64,000 nt of DNA from positions 1,079,503 through 1,143,502 of the forward strand of contig OY762940.1 of assembly GCA_963667255.1 (NCBI GenBank), given 5' to 3'. The notes beneath the pieces were generated by a model. The model worked only from the letters and a program-made list of their open reading frames with translations. It was not told where the DNA came from and did not search any database. Source of the DNA: Candidatus Cloacimonadota bacterium (GTDB lineage Bacteria > Cloacimonadota > Cloacimonadia > G963667145). Each line of letters starts with the position of its first letter. Within the stretch, counting starts at the first letter, position 1. The position numbers and the translations under genes are program-made. Positions 27,161 to 35,356 of the stretch are shown here, piece by piece.

Positions 27161-28287
27161 TGATTACAAAGGAAAAGATATTAAAAGGTTATAAAACCGC
27201 GGAGGCTCGATGGGCAAGATTTGGTCCATATTATGCCATGTTTCCTTTGGATTTTGCATTTGAGGTTGTTGAGAAATACTCAAAAAAAGGTGATTACATA
27301 CTTGACCCTTTTGCAGGTAGATGTAGCAGTATCTATGCTGGTGGTGTGCTTGGTCGAGTTAGCTTAGGTATTGAAATTAATCCCGTAGGCTGGCTCTTTG
27401 GGAAAGTAAAATTAGAACCTGCAGATAAGGAAGATGTAATTGACCGTTTACTTGAAATTTATGGTAAGCGAAATTATTATAGATGCTCAACTAAAAAATT
27501 ACCAGAATTTTATAGGATATGTTATAGCGATGAAGTCCTAAAATTCCTATTAGCAGCGAGAGCAAATCTTGACTGGATAAATAATGACATTGATGCAACT
27601 CTTATGTCAATTCTTTTGGTTTACTTACATGGTAAATTAGGAGAATGTTTGTCAAATCAAATGAGAATGACAAAGTCAATGGGAATGAACTATTCTGTTG
27701 AATGGTGGAAAAAAAATGGACTAACAAAACCACCTGAAATTAATCCCTTTGAATTCATTCTTAAAAAGATTGAATGGAGATATGAAAAAGGGACACCAAA
27801 TGTTACTGAAAGTGCAGTTGTATTTGGTGATAGTTCTAATCAATTAATCAACATTTCAGAGAGAGCCATTCAAAATGATATTAAATTTTCGCTTCTGTTT
27901 ACATCTCCACCATATTATTCAATCACAGATTACCATGCAGACCAGTGGCTGAGATTATGGCTGTTAGGAGGTTCAGAAAATCCGCAATCATTAAAAGACA
28001 AACATAAAGGAAGATTTGTAAACAAAGTTGATTACTACAATTTACTTGATACTGTATTTGAACTTAGTTCACGAATGATGGACGAAAGGAGTACAATTTA
28101 TGTCAGGACAGACAAGCGTGAATTTACTTTTAATTCTACTTTAGAGATTTTAAACAAGCATTTTCCAAATTATAAAACAAAGATTATTGAAAAGCCTTTA
28201 ACTAAAGACACCAAGACTCAGACAAAATTATTTGGTGACAAATCAATGAAGCCTGGAGAAGTTGATATAATATTACAAATAGAATAA
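27157..28287 (+). CDS. DNA methyltransferase (N6-adenine or N4-cytosine type)
   Basis: AdoMet motif I ILDPFAGRCSS followed by GRVSLGIEINP; catalytic motif IV FTSPPYY about 200 aa downstream; start overlaps upstream stop (ATGA). Confidence 0.6.
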   Translation: MMITKEKILKGYKTAEARWARFGPYYAMFPLDFAFEVVEKYSKKGDYILDPFAGRCSSIYAGGVLGRVSLGIEINPVGWLFGKVKLEPADKEDVIDRLLEIYGKRNYYRCSTKKLPEFYRICYSDEVLKFLLAARANLDWINNDIDATLMSILLVYLHGKLGECLSNQMRMTKSMGMNYSVEWWKKNGLTKPPEINPFEFILKKIEWRYEKGTPNVTESAVVFGDSSNQLINISERAIQNDIKFSLLFTSPPYYSITDYHADQWLRLWLLGGSENPQSLKDKHKGRFVNKVDYYNLLDTVFELSSRMMDERSTIYVRTDKREFTFNSTLEILNKHFPNYKTKIIEKPLTKDTKTQTKLFGDKSMKPGEVDIILQIE

Positions 28288-28324
28288 TTAGCTGTTTTTT
28301 AAGAAATAGTTGTATAATTCTTTT

Positions 28325-28987
28325 TCACTCCCCAACCACTCTCATCTCATAATTTCCCAAATCAGCGAGCAAGATTTTATTTAATAGTTTCGGCTTTCTC
28401 CAAACCACATTTATAACTTCGTCGGCTATCAAACTGCCAATAAACATCACGGATTGCGGGCAGATAGCACGGGAAATAGCATTGTCATCTTTTCTTTTGT
28501 ATAGCTCGTCCAAGCTTAAAAAATCGCTTTCTCCGTGAAAAGTGGCGACTTGCCCGTATTTTTTTTCTACCGCTCCATGCACCAAGAAATTTTGTTTGCC
28601 GACCAATTTTTGAATTTGTTTTTTGGTTGCAAAGCCGTCCACACAATCCACAAAGCAATCAGATGAGTGGATTTCGCTTGTTTTGTTTATATCTTGCAAA
28701 TGGCAATAAATTTGGCAGTCGGGATTTATTTGGCTCAATTTGGCAAAAGCAGTTTCCGTTTTGAGTTTGCCGATATCTTGGCTATCATACAAAAGCTGTC
28801 TGCCAATGTCGGAATCATTGATTTTGCCGTTGTCGTATAGATGGAAATTTTGCACTCCAGCACGAATTAAAACTTGCAAAACACTGCAACCAAGTCCGCC
28901 CAAGCCGAAAATGCTAATCTTACAATTTTTCAAAATTTCTTGTTTTTCTTTGCCCCAGAGCATCTCGTTTCTACTGAAAAAATTCAT
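28325..28987 (-). CDS. ThiF/MoeB-family E1-like adenylyltransferase
   Basis: Rossmann motif IFGLGGLGCSV near N-terminus, about 220 aa; plausible MoaD partner of the W/Mo cofactor locus. Confidence 0.65.
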   Translation of the reverse strand: MNFFSRNEMLWGKEKQEILKNCKISIFGLGGLGCSVLQVLIRAGVQNFHLYDNGKINDSDIGRQLLYDSQDIGKLKTETAFAKLSQINPDCQIYCHLQDINKTSEIHSSDCFVDCVDGFATKKQIQKLVGKQNFLVHGAVEKKYGQVATFHGESDFLSLDELYKRKDDNAISRAICPQSVMFIGSLIADEVINVVWRKPKLLNKILLADLGNYEMRVVGE

Positions 28988-29134
28988 AAATCAACTCCTA
29001 ATTGCATATTAGACAGTTTGTAATGCTATTTTATTTTAGCAAGAAAAATTTGAGATTAATGGCATCATATTTAATATTACTTGACATCAGCATAAATCAA
29101 TCAGATTAGTGCCGTAGAAATAAGGAGATTTTTT

Positions 29135-30340
29135 ATGGAAGGTAAAGTTTTAGTTGCACAGGGAGGAGGTCCTACCGCTGTGATTAATCAGTCGCTGGTA
29201 GGAGTGGTTTTGGAGTCTCGCAAATTCCCTCAAGTTACCAGAGTGTATGGCTCTCTTAATGGTTTGGAAGGCATAGTAAACGAGAATTTTTTGGATTTGA
29301 CTCAAGAAACTACTCACAATTTGGAACAAGTTGCCTTGACGCCTTCTTCCGCATTATTGTCCACCAGAATCAAACCTGATGCAGCTTATTGTAAGAAGAT
29401 TTTTGCAGTGCTAAAAAAATATAATATTCGCTATTTCTTCTATATCGGAGGCAACGATTCGTCTGATACCGTGAGAATAGTGAAAGAAGAGGCTGTGAAA
29501 GATGGTTACGATTTCAGGGCAATTCATATTCCCAAGACTATCGACAACGATTTGGTCGGCAATGATCATTCTCCAGGTTACGGCTCTGCTGCCCGCTTTG
29601 TTGCTCAGGCTTTTATGGGAGTCAATTTGGACAACAAGGCTTTGCCAGGAGTTTACATAGGCGTAATAATGGGTCGTCATGCGGGCTGGCTCACCGCTGC
29701 CTCCAGTTTGGCTCAAAAGTATCCCGATGATGGTCCGCACTTGATATATTTGCCGGAGAGAGCCTTTGATAAGCAAAAGTTTATTGGGGATATAAAGGCT
29801 GTTTATGCGAAATTCGGTCGCTGTGTGGTGGCTGTTTCCGAGGGCATCGTTGATAAGGATGGCATAGAGATTATTACCAAGTTGATGACAAATCAGGAGT
29901 GTGATGCACACGGCAATGTGCAGTTGTCGGGAACAGGAGCTTTGGGCGATTTGTTGGCTGAGTATGTTAGGAAAAATACGGATATTTCCCGAGTGAGAGC
30001 GGACACTTTCGGCTATCTGCAAAGGTCTTTTTATGGATGTGTTTCCGATGTTGACCAGAGTGAAGCCAGAGAAATTGCCGAGAGAGCTGTGCAATTTGCC
30101 ATTTGGCACAAAGAGGATGGCTCTATGAGTATTCAGAGAACAGGGTTTTATTCTGTGGATTACAAGCTAATTCCTATCGAGGAAGTTGCTGGCAAGACAA
30201 GAAAAGTCCCAGATTATTATATAAACGAAAAAGGGAATAATGTTACCGAAGAGCTGAAATACTATTTGCGACCTCTTGTCGGTTCAGGGTTTCAACTACC
30301 TAATCGTTTGAGAGCTCCGAGAGTGGAAAAAATTTTATGA
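29135..30340 (+). CDS. Phosphofructokinase family protein, probably PPi-dependent (Pfp-like)
   Basis: PFK fold motifs [25 protein letters not shown]; GGNDS in place of GGDGS (Asp at the position that discriminates PPi from ATP enzymes). Confidence 0.65.
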   Translation: MEGKVLVAQGGGPTAVINQSLVGVVLESRKFPQVTRVYGSLNGLEGIVNENFLDLTQETTHNLEQVALTPSSALLSTRIKPDAAYCKKIFAVLKKYNIRYFFYIGGNDSSDTVRIVKEEAVKDGYDFRAIHIPKTIDNDLVGNDHSPGYGSAARFVAQAFMGVNLDNKALPGVYIGVIMGRHAGWLTAASSLAQKYPDDGPHLIYLPERAFDKQKFIGDIKAVYAKFGRCVVAVSEGIVDKDGIEIITKLMTNQECDAHGNVQLSGTGALGDLLAEYVRKNTDISRVRADTFGYLQRSFYGCVSDVDQSEAREIAERAVQFAIWHKEDGSMSIQRTGFYSVDYKLIPIEEVAGKTRKVPDYYINEKGNNVTEELKYYLRPLVGSGFQLPNRLRAPRVEKIL

Positions 30341-31449
30341 GGCAAACCATGAAAAAAAAATGTTTGGTTGTAACAGGTGGCGGTGACTGCCCGGGTTTGA
30401 ATGCGGTTATCAGAGCGATAGTAAAGCGTGCCGATAGTGAGCCAGACTGGGAAATCTGGGGTAGCATGGATGCGTATAATGGTGTTTTGCAACAGCCTTG
30501 GCGGCTTATCAGATTGGACAAGAAAAAGGTTTCCGGTATTCATGTGCAGGGTGGCACTATTTTGGGAACTACCAACAAAGGTGGTCCTTTCGGATTTCCT
30601 GTGAAAAATTCCGACGGAGAGATTGTTTTGGAAGATAGGTCAGATTTGATGATTAGAGAGCTGAAAGAGGCTGGATTTGAGGCAGTTATCAGTATTGGCG
30701 GTGACGGCTCACAAACTATAAGCCAAAAGCTTTTTGAAAAAGGCTTGAATATGGTTGGTGTGCCGAAGACTATCGACAACGATTTGTCTTGCACCGACTA
30801 CACTTTTGGGTTCTCCACCGCTGTAGATGTGGCGACAGATGCGATAGACAAATTGGTAACGACCGCTGCGTCTCATCATCGTGTTTTGATTTTGGAAGTT
30901 ATGGGCAGATATGCTGGTTGGATTGCTTTGCACAGTTCGTTGGCAGCCGGAGCGGAAATCTGTTTAATTCCCGAGATACCTTACGATTTGGAGATTGTGA
31001 AGAATAAAATCAAAGAGCGGACAGAGAGGAAAGGGTTCTTGATTTTGGTAGTTGCCGAGGGTGCGAAGCCCAAAGATGGCGACATTTTCAGCAAAAAAAG
31101 CGAAGAGGTTGGGCATGAACAAAATGTTTTGGGTGGAATAGGTTTGCAATTGGAAAAATTGTTTAGCTCTGACCCCACAATAACAGCGGATGTTCGCACC
31201 TCTGTGCTTGGGCACTTGCAACGCGGAGGCAGACCGAGTGCTTTTGACCGCAATCTTGCCACACAATTTGGCGTGAAAGCGTTTGAGATGGTGCTGAATA
31301 AAGAGTTTGGCAAAATGGTGGTGGTCAATCACAAGAAAATGGAGTCCGTGAGCCTGAAAGAAGCAATCTCAACTTACAATTTGGTGGATAAAAACTCCGA
31401 TATGATTAAGACCGCTAGAGGTGTGGGGATTTGCTTCGGAGACGAATAA
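30337..31449 (+). CDS. pfkA: ATP-dependent 6-phosphofructokinase
   Basis: [35 protein letters not shown] motifs. Confidence 0.8.
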   Translation: MRQTMKKKCLVVTGGGDCPGLNAVIRAIVKRADSEPDWEIWGSMDAYNGVLQQPWRLIRLDKKKVSGIHVQGGTILGTTNKGGPFGFPVKNSDGEIVLEDRSDLMIRELKEAGFEAVISIGGDGSQTISQKLFEKGLNMVGVPKTIDNDLSCTDYTFGFSTAVDVATDAIDKLVTTAASHHRVLILEVMGRYAGWIALHSSLAAGAEICLIPEIPYDLEIVKNKIKERTERKGFLILVVAEGAKPKDGDIFSKKSEEVGHEQNVLGGIGLQLEKLFSSDPTITADVRTSVLGHLQRGGRPSAFDRNLATQFGVKAFEMVLNKEFGKMVVVNHKKMESVSLKEAISTYNLVDKNSDMIKTARGVGICFGDE

Positions 31450-31450
31450 A

Positions 31451-31540
31451 TGGCGGAGATGTAGGGATTCGAACCCTAGATACAGGTAACCGTATACACG
31501 CTTTCCAAGCGTGCTCCTTCAACCACTCGGACACATCTCC
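31451..31540 (-). tRNA. tRNA-Ser (anticodon GGA), with encoded CCA
   Basis: Manual fold: acceptor GGAGATG/CATCTCC, anticodon stem CACGC/GCGTG with loop TTGGAAA, long variable arm, TTCGAAT T-loop. Confidence 0.85.
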
Positions 31541-31558
31541 ATATAAATTTCAAAAAGA

Positions 31559-31936
31559 TTAGAGTTCAGCTACGACGAATGCGATTGCTGTCTCTTTTTC
31601 GTGAGAGATACTTAGATTAATTTTTTTAATTCCAAGGCTCTCACATTTTTTTTTTGTCTCGAAATGCAAAGCGATGTCAACTTTTCCGTTTTCGCTCTTC
31701 ACAACTTCGACTTGATTTGGACTGACTCCATCGCTAAAGCCGGTTCCTAACGCTTTGCTAAAAGCCTCTTTAGCTGCAAATCTCGCTGCGAAGTGTATAG
31801 CCGGATTTGGCTTGCATTGACAAAAAGAGATTTCTTCTTCCAAAAAAATCTTCTGCAAGAACTTATCACCAAATTTCTCAATCGATTTCTGTATTCTTGC
31901 TACTTCGACGATATCAACACCAATTCCGTAAATCAT
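31559..31936 (-). CDS. acpS: Holo-[acyl-carrier-protein] synthase
   Basis: [12 protein letters not shown]...[14 protein letters not shown]...[17 protein letters not shown]; ORF-track N-terminal extension rejected because it crosses tRNA-Arg. Confidence 0.75.
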   Translation of the reverse strand: MIYGIGVDIVEVARIQKSIEKFGDKFLQKIFLEEEISFCQCKPNPAIHFAARFAAKEAFSKALGTGFSDGVSPNQVEVVKSENGKVDIALHFETKKKCESLGIKKINLSISHEKETAIAFVVAEL

Positions 31937-31958
31937 ATCTATATTCCAAACAAAAAAA

Positions 31959-32035
31959 TGGCACGCCCGTAGGGATTCGAACCCCAAACCTTCTGATCCG
32001 TAGTCAGATGCTCTATCCAATTGAGCCACGGGCGC
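31959..32035 (-). tRNA. tRNA-Arg (anticodon ACG), with encoded CCA
   Basis: Manual fold: acceptor GCGCCCG, anticodon stem TCTGA/TCAGA with loop CTACGGA, GGTTCGAAT T-loop. Confidence 0.85.
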
Positions 32036-32294
32036 AACGACCGATACAAAGTTAAGAGGCACGATTTTCAGTCAATATTTTTCTTTGTGAAATGGCGGGA
32101 AACCTAATATGTATAGATTTGAGTTATAAATAGGGAATTTGCTTGACGGGAATATTGGGAGTTTAAAACAATTTAGAATAAGATTTCCAGGAGGGAACAA
32201 TTGAAGTATAAAATTTTAGAATTTTATCAAAAATTGTTGAAGAATATATGAAACTGTTTACTAAAAATTTAAAAAAGACAGAAGTTAATAAAAA

Positions 32295-32837
32295 ATGAGA
32301 ACACTCACAATGCCTAACGAAATCAATCTAACCCAACTTAAATCATCTGACGCTGTTGCCATTTTTAATACAATCGACAGTCAAAGAGAGTATCTGGGGA
32401 AGTGGTTGCCGTTTGTGGAGTTTACCAAGGAGCTGTCCGACACGGAGGGTTTTGTAAACTCTATCGCCAACGCTCCGCAAGACAGATTTGAGTTCGTTTT
32501 CACGATAAGAAAGTCGGACGAATTTATTGGTTTGATTGGCTTTAAAGACACGGACAGAGTGAACAAAAAGACGGAAATTGGTTATTGGCTCTCTGAGAAG
32601 TATCAGAGGCAGGGAATCGTTACCAAAGCGGTGGAGAGGCTTTGTGATTTTGCCTTTGCTGAGTTGGGAATTAACAGAATCCAGATAAAATGTGCAGTCG
32701 GCAATGAGCCAAGTCGAAAGATTCCACAGCGATTGGGTTTCAAATATGAAGGAATGGAGAGACAAGGAGAATTGCTCACCGGTGGAGTTTACGCAGATTT
32801 GGAGATTTACAGCAAGTTGAAAAGCGACTGGAGATAA
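32295..32837 (+). CDS. GNAT-family N-acetyltransferase (RimJ/RimL-like)
   Basis: Acetyl-CoA binding motif QRQGIVTKAVERL ... GFKYEG. Confidence 0.7.
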   Translation: MRTLTMPNEINLTQLKSSDAVAIFNTIDSQREYLGKWLPFVEFTKELSDTEGFVNSIANAPQDRFEFVFTIRKSDEFIGLIGFKDTDRVNKKTEIGYWLSEKYQRQGIVTKAVERLCDFAFAELGINRIQIKCAVGNEPSRKIPQRLGFKYEGMERQGELLTGGVYADLEIYSKLKSDWR

Positions 32838-32989
32838 AATTTTCTCTAAATTTGTAAAACTGCTTGACTTGTATAGGCTTAGTTAAATTTTGGCGTGGTA
32901 AAAGAAATGAAACTTGAGTTTCTACCTTGCGATGCGGGTCGGTCGAGATTATCGGCTATGACTTTAGAGACATTGTCCAAGGTTTTGAT

Positions 32990-33080
32990 TTTAGATTATT
33001 ATCTGTATTAGGATAATAATCGTAGCTACGATAAATTTTGTAGGCAAGTTGTATTCTTTACAATTTGCCTTTTTTATTGG
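32990..33080 (+). promoter_or_regulatory. Structured leader upstream of infC-rpmI-rplT (L20-leader-like attenuator candidate)
   Basis: Two hairpins: gattattatc/gataataatc, and ggcaagttgta...tacaatttgcc followed by T6. Confidence 0.35.
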
Positions 33081-33119
33081 CAAAAATTAAGTAAAAGAGA
33101 ATTGAGGAGGTTAATCATC

Positions 33120-33677
33120 ATTCGAATAAGAAAGGGTAAAGCCAAGCTGAAACCCACCGTATCTAAGGAAAGAATCAATAGAGAAATAAAAGCCGAGAGT
33201 ATTAGACTTATTGATGAAGTAGGCAATCAAGTAGGAGTAGTATCGTTGATGGATGGGCTCTCCAGAGCTAGAGCTGCTGAGATGGATTTGGTGGAAATTT
33301 CTCCAAAGGCAGAGCCACCTGTGTGCAAGATTTTGGATTTTGGTAAGTATCATTATCAAAAAGAAAGAAGCATGCGTGAGTCAAGAAAAAATCAACATAT
33401 TGTGCTGACGAAAGAGATAAAGTTTGGACCTCTTACCGACGAACATGACTATCAGTTTAAGCTGAAAAATGCGATAAAATTTTTGCAAGCTAAGGACAAG
33501 GTTAGGTTTACAGTTCGGTTCAAGGGTCGTCAATTAGCCAATAAGCAACTGGGTTTTGATTTATTGGAAAAGATTAGAATAGATATGACGGAATACGCCA
33601 AAGTTGACCAAGCTCCTTCCAACGAGGGACGCGTGGTTTACATGGTAATGTCGCCGTTGAGTAGTAAGAATTCATAG
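33120..33677 (+). CDS. infC: Translation initiation factor IF-3, probable non-AUG (AUU or AUC) start
   Basis: Conserved RINREIKAESIRLIDEVGNQVGVVSL...LVEISPKAEPPVCKI; no ATG/GTG between SD gaggagg (33104-33110) and conserved N-terminus, only ATC/ATT codons at 33114-33122. Confidence 0.8.
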   Translation: MRIRKGKAKLKPTVSKERINREIKAESIRLIDEVGNQVGVVSLMDGLSRARAAEMDLVEISPKAEPPVCKILDFGKYHYQKERSMRESRKNQHIVLTKEIKFGPLTDEHDYQFKLKNAIKFLQAKDKVRFTVRFKGRQLANKQLGFDLLEKIRIDMTEYAKVDQAPSNEGRVVYMVMSPLSSKNS

Positions 33678-33692
33678 AATAGGGAGTTTATT

Positions 33693-33884
33693 ATGCCTAA
33701 GATTAAAACTCGTAAGGGAGCGTCTAAACGATTTAAGTTAACCGCTACGGGGAAAGTAAAAAGAAATCAAGCTTTTGTAGGACACATCATGACCAAGAAA
33801 AGCCCAAAAAGAGAGAGAAACCTAAGAGGTTCTACTTTGGTGAGTAGTGCCGATGTTCCAAGAGTAAAGAGAATGTTGGGTTAG
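33693..33884 (+). CDS. rpmI: 50S ribosomal protein L35
   Basis: [24 protein letters not shown]. Confidence 0.9.
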   Translation: MPKIKTRKGASKRFKLTATGKVKRNQAFVGHIMTKKSPKRERNLRGSTLVSSADVPRVKRMLG

Positions 33885-33893
33885 GAGGATAAA

Positions 33894-34250
33894 ATGCCAA
33901 GAAGTACAAATAATGTAGCAGCTAAAAAGAGAAGAAAAAAGATTTTAGACTCCGCCAAAGGTTATTTCGGAGCTAAGAGCAAATTGTATCGCACAGCAAA
34001 GTTGGCTGTGGAAAAAAGCGGTGTGTATGCTTATCGTGACCGCAAGGCTCGTAAAAGAGAGTTCAGAAAGTTGTGGATTGTCAGAATCAACGCTGCCGCC
34101 AGAATTAATGGACTTAGTTACAGCAGATTTATAGATGGTCTTGCCAAGAGCAATATTCAATTGGATAGAAAAACTTTGGCGTATTTGGCTATGAACGATG
34201 CCGATGCTTTTGCTAAAATTTGTGATCAAGTGAAGAGTGTGGCAAATTAA
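33894..34250 (+). CDS. rplT: 50S ribosomal protein L20
   Basis: [18 protein letters not shown]...[23 protein letters not shown]. Confidence 0.9.
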   Translation: MPRSTNNVAAKKRRKKILDSAKGYFGAKSKLYRTAKLAVEKSGVYAYRDRKARKREFRKLWIVRINAAARINGLSYSRFIDGLAKSNIQLDRKTLAYLAMNDADAFAKICDQVKSVAN

Positions 34251-34269
34251 AAAAAATAAGGACTAAATC

Positions 34270-35277
34270 ATGCAGGCAAGGTTAGAGGAAATTTACAACG
34301 AACTGAAAGAAAAGCTCAACAAAGCCAAGAGTAGTCACGAAATTCAGAATATCAAATCTGCGTTTGTGGGCAAAAAGAGTGAGATTTCGGCTTTGCTTGC
34401 CAGAATGAAAGAGTTGCCGGACAAAGAGAGACCGGAATTTGGTAAACTTGTGAATATCATCAAATCTAAGGCTCTTGTGAAAATTGCTAACGCTTTGGAA
34501 TCTCTGGAGCAGAGTAAGGAAGTTGCTGGGGTAGATTTGACTATGCCAGCTGTCCGAAGGAGTTTGGGCAGATTGCATCCTCTTACCATAGTTTCGCGTC
34601 AGATAGAGGATGTCTTTATCTCTATGGGGTTTGAGATTTCCGCTTATGGAGAGGTGGAAGACGAATATCACAATTTTGATGCTCTCAACACTCCTCCTGA
34701 CCATTCTTCGCGAAATGTTACCGACACTTTTTATGTGAAAGGTGGCAAACTCTTGCGTTCGCAAACTTCTACCGAGCAGATACGGGTGATGGAAAACTTC
34801 AAGCCACCGATTAAGATTATCTCGTTGGGAAGGTGTTATCGCAAAGACAGTCCAGACGCTTCTCATTCACCGGTTTTTCATCAGGTGGAGGCTCTCGTAG
34901 TTACGGAGAATACCACTTTTACGGATTTGCGAGACACCTTGCAAATGTTCGCTACCAAGATGTTCGGAGAGGGTGTTAAGTCTCGTTTCAGACCGCATTT
35001 TTTCCCGTTTACAGAGCCGAGTGGCGAGATAGATATTTCGTGCGTGTCTTGTGGTGGCAAGGGTTGTGCCGTCTGCAAGAATAGCGGTTGGTTGGAAATG
35101 GGCGGTTGTGGTATGGTTGACCCGAATGTGTTGCAAAATGTTGGCATCGACCCCGAAAAATATAGTGGATTTGCCTTCGGTTTGGGGATAGACAGGATTA
35201 CGATGTTGAAATACAATATTCCCGATATTAGGATGCTTTTTGAAAACGATGTGGAGTTTTTGAAACAGTTTAAATAG
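34270..35277 (+). CDS. pheS: Phenylalanine--tRNA ligase alpha subunit
   Basis: Class II aaRS motifs (FFPFTEPSGEIDI, GWLEMGGCGMV, AFGLGIDRI). Confidence 0.9.
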   Translation: MQARLEEIYNELKEKLNKAKSSHEIQNIKSAFVGKKSEISALLARMKELPDKERPEFGKLVNIIKSKALVKIANALESLEQSKEVAGVDLTMPAVRRSLGRLHPLTIVSRQIEDVFISMGFEISAYGEVEDEYHNFDALNTPPDHSSRNVTDTFYVKGGKLLRSQTSTEQIRVMENFKPPIKIISLGRCYRKDSPDASHSPVFHQVEALVVTENTTFTDLRDTLQMFATKMFGEGVKSRFRPHFFPFTEPSGEIDISCVSCGGKGCAVCKNSGWLEMGGCGMVDPNVLQNVGIDPEKYSGFAFGLGIDRITMLKYNIPDIRMLFENDVEFLKQFK

Positions 35278-35356
35278 AAGAAGTTAGATAGCAAAATTTA
35301 TTTGCCTTACTGCTTCCATCCGCTTTTGATAGAGTTGTAGTTTTTTAGGAGACAAA

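Noticed and set aside
28325-28987. ThiF/MoeB-like gene as a defence-associated E1 (Cap2-like) belonging to the inserted cassette
   Set aside because: Only about 220 aa with a plain MoeB/ThiF layout, opposite strand, and a natural partner of the nearby MoaD in the cofactor locus.
31937-32062. N-terminal extension of the acpS ORF (ORF-track start at 32062)
   Set aside because: The extension would read through tRNA-Arg; conserved AcpS N-terminus begins at the internal Met (31936).
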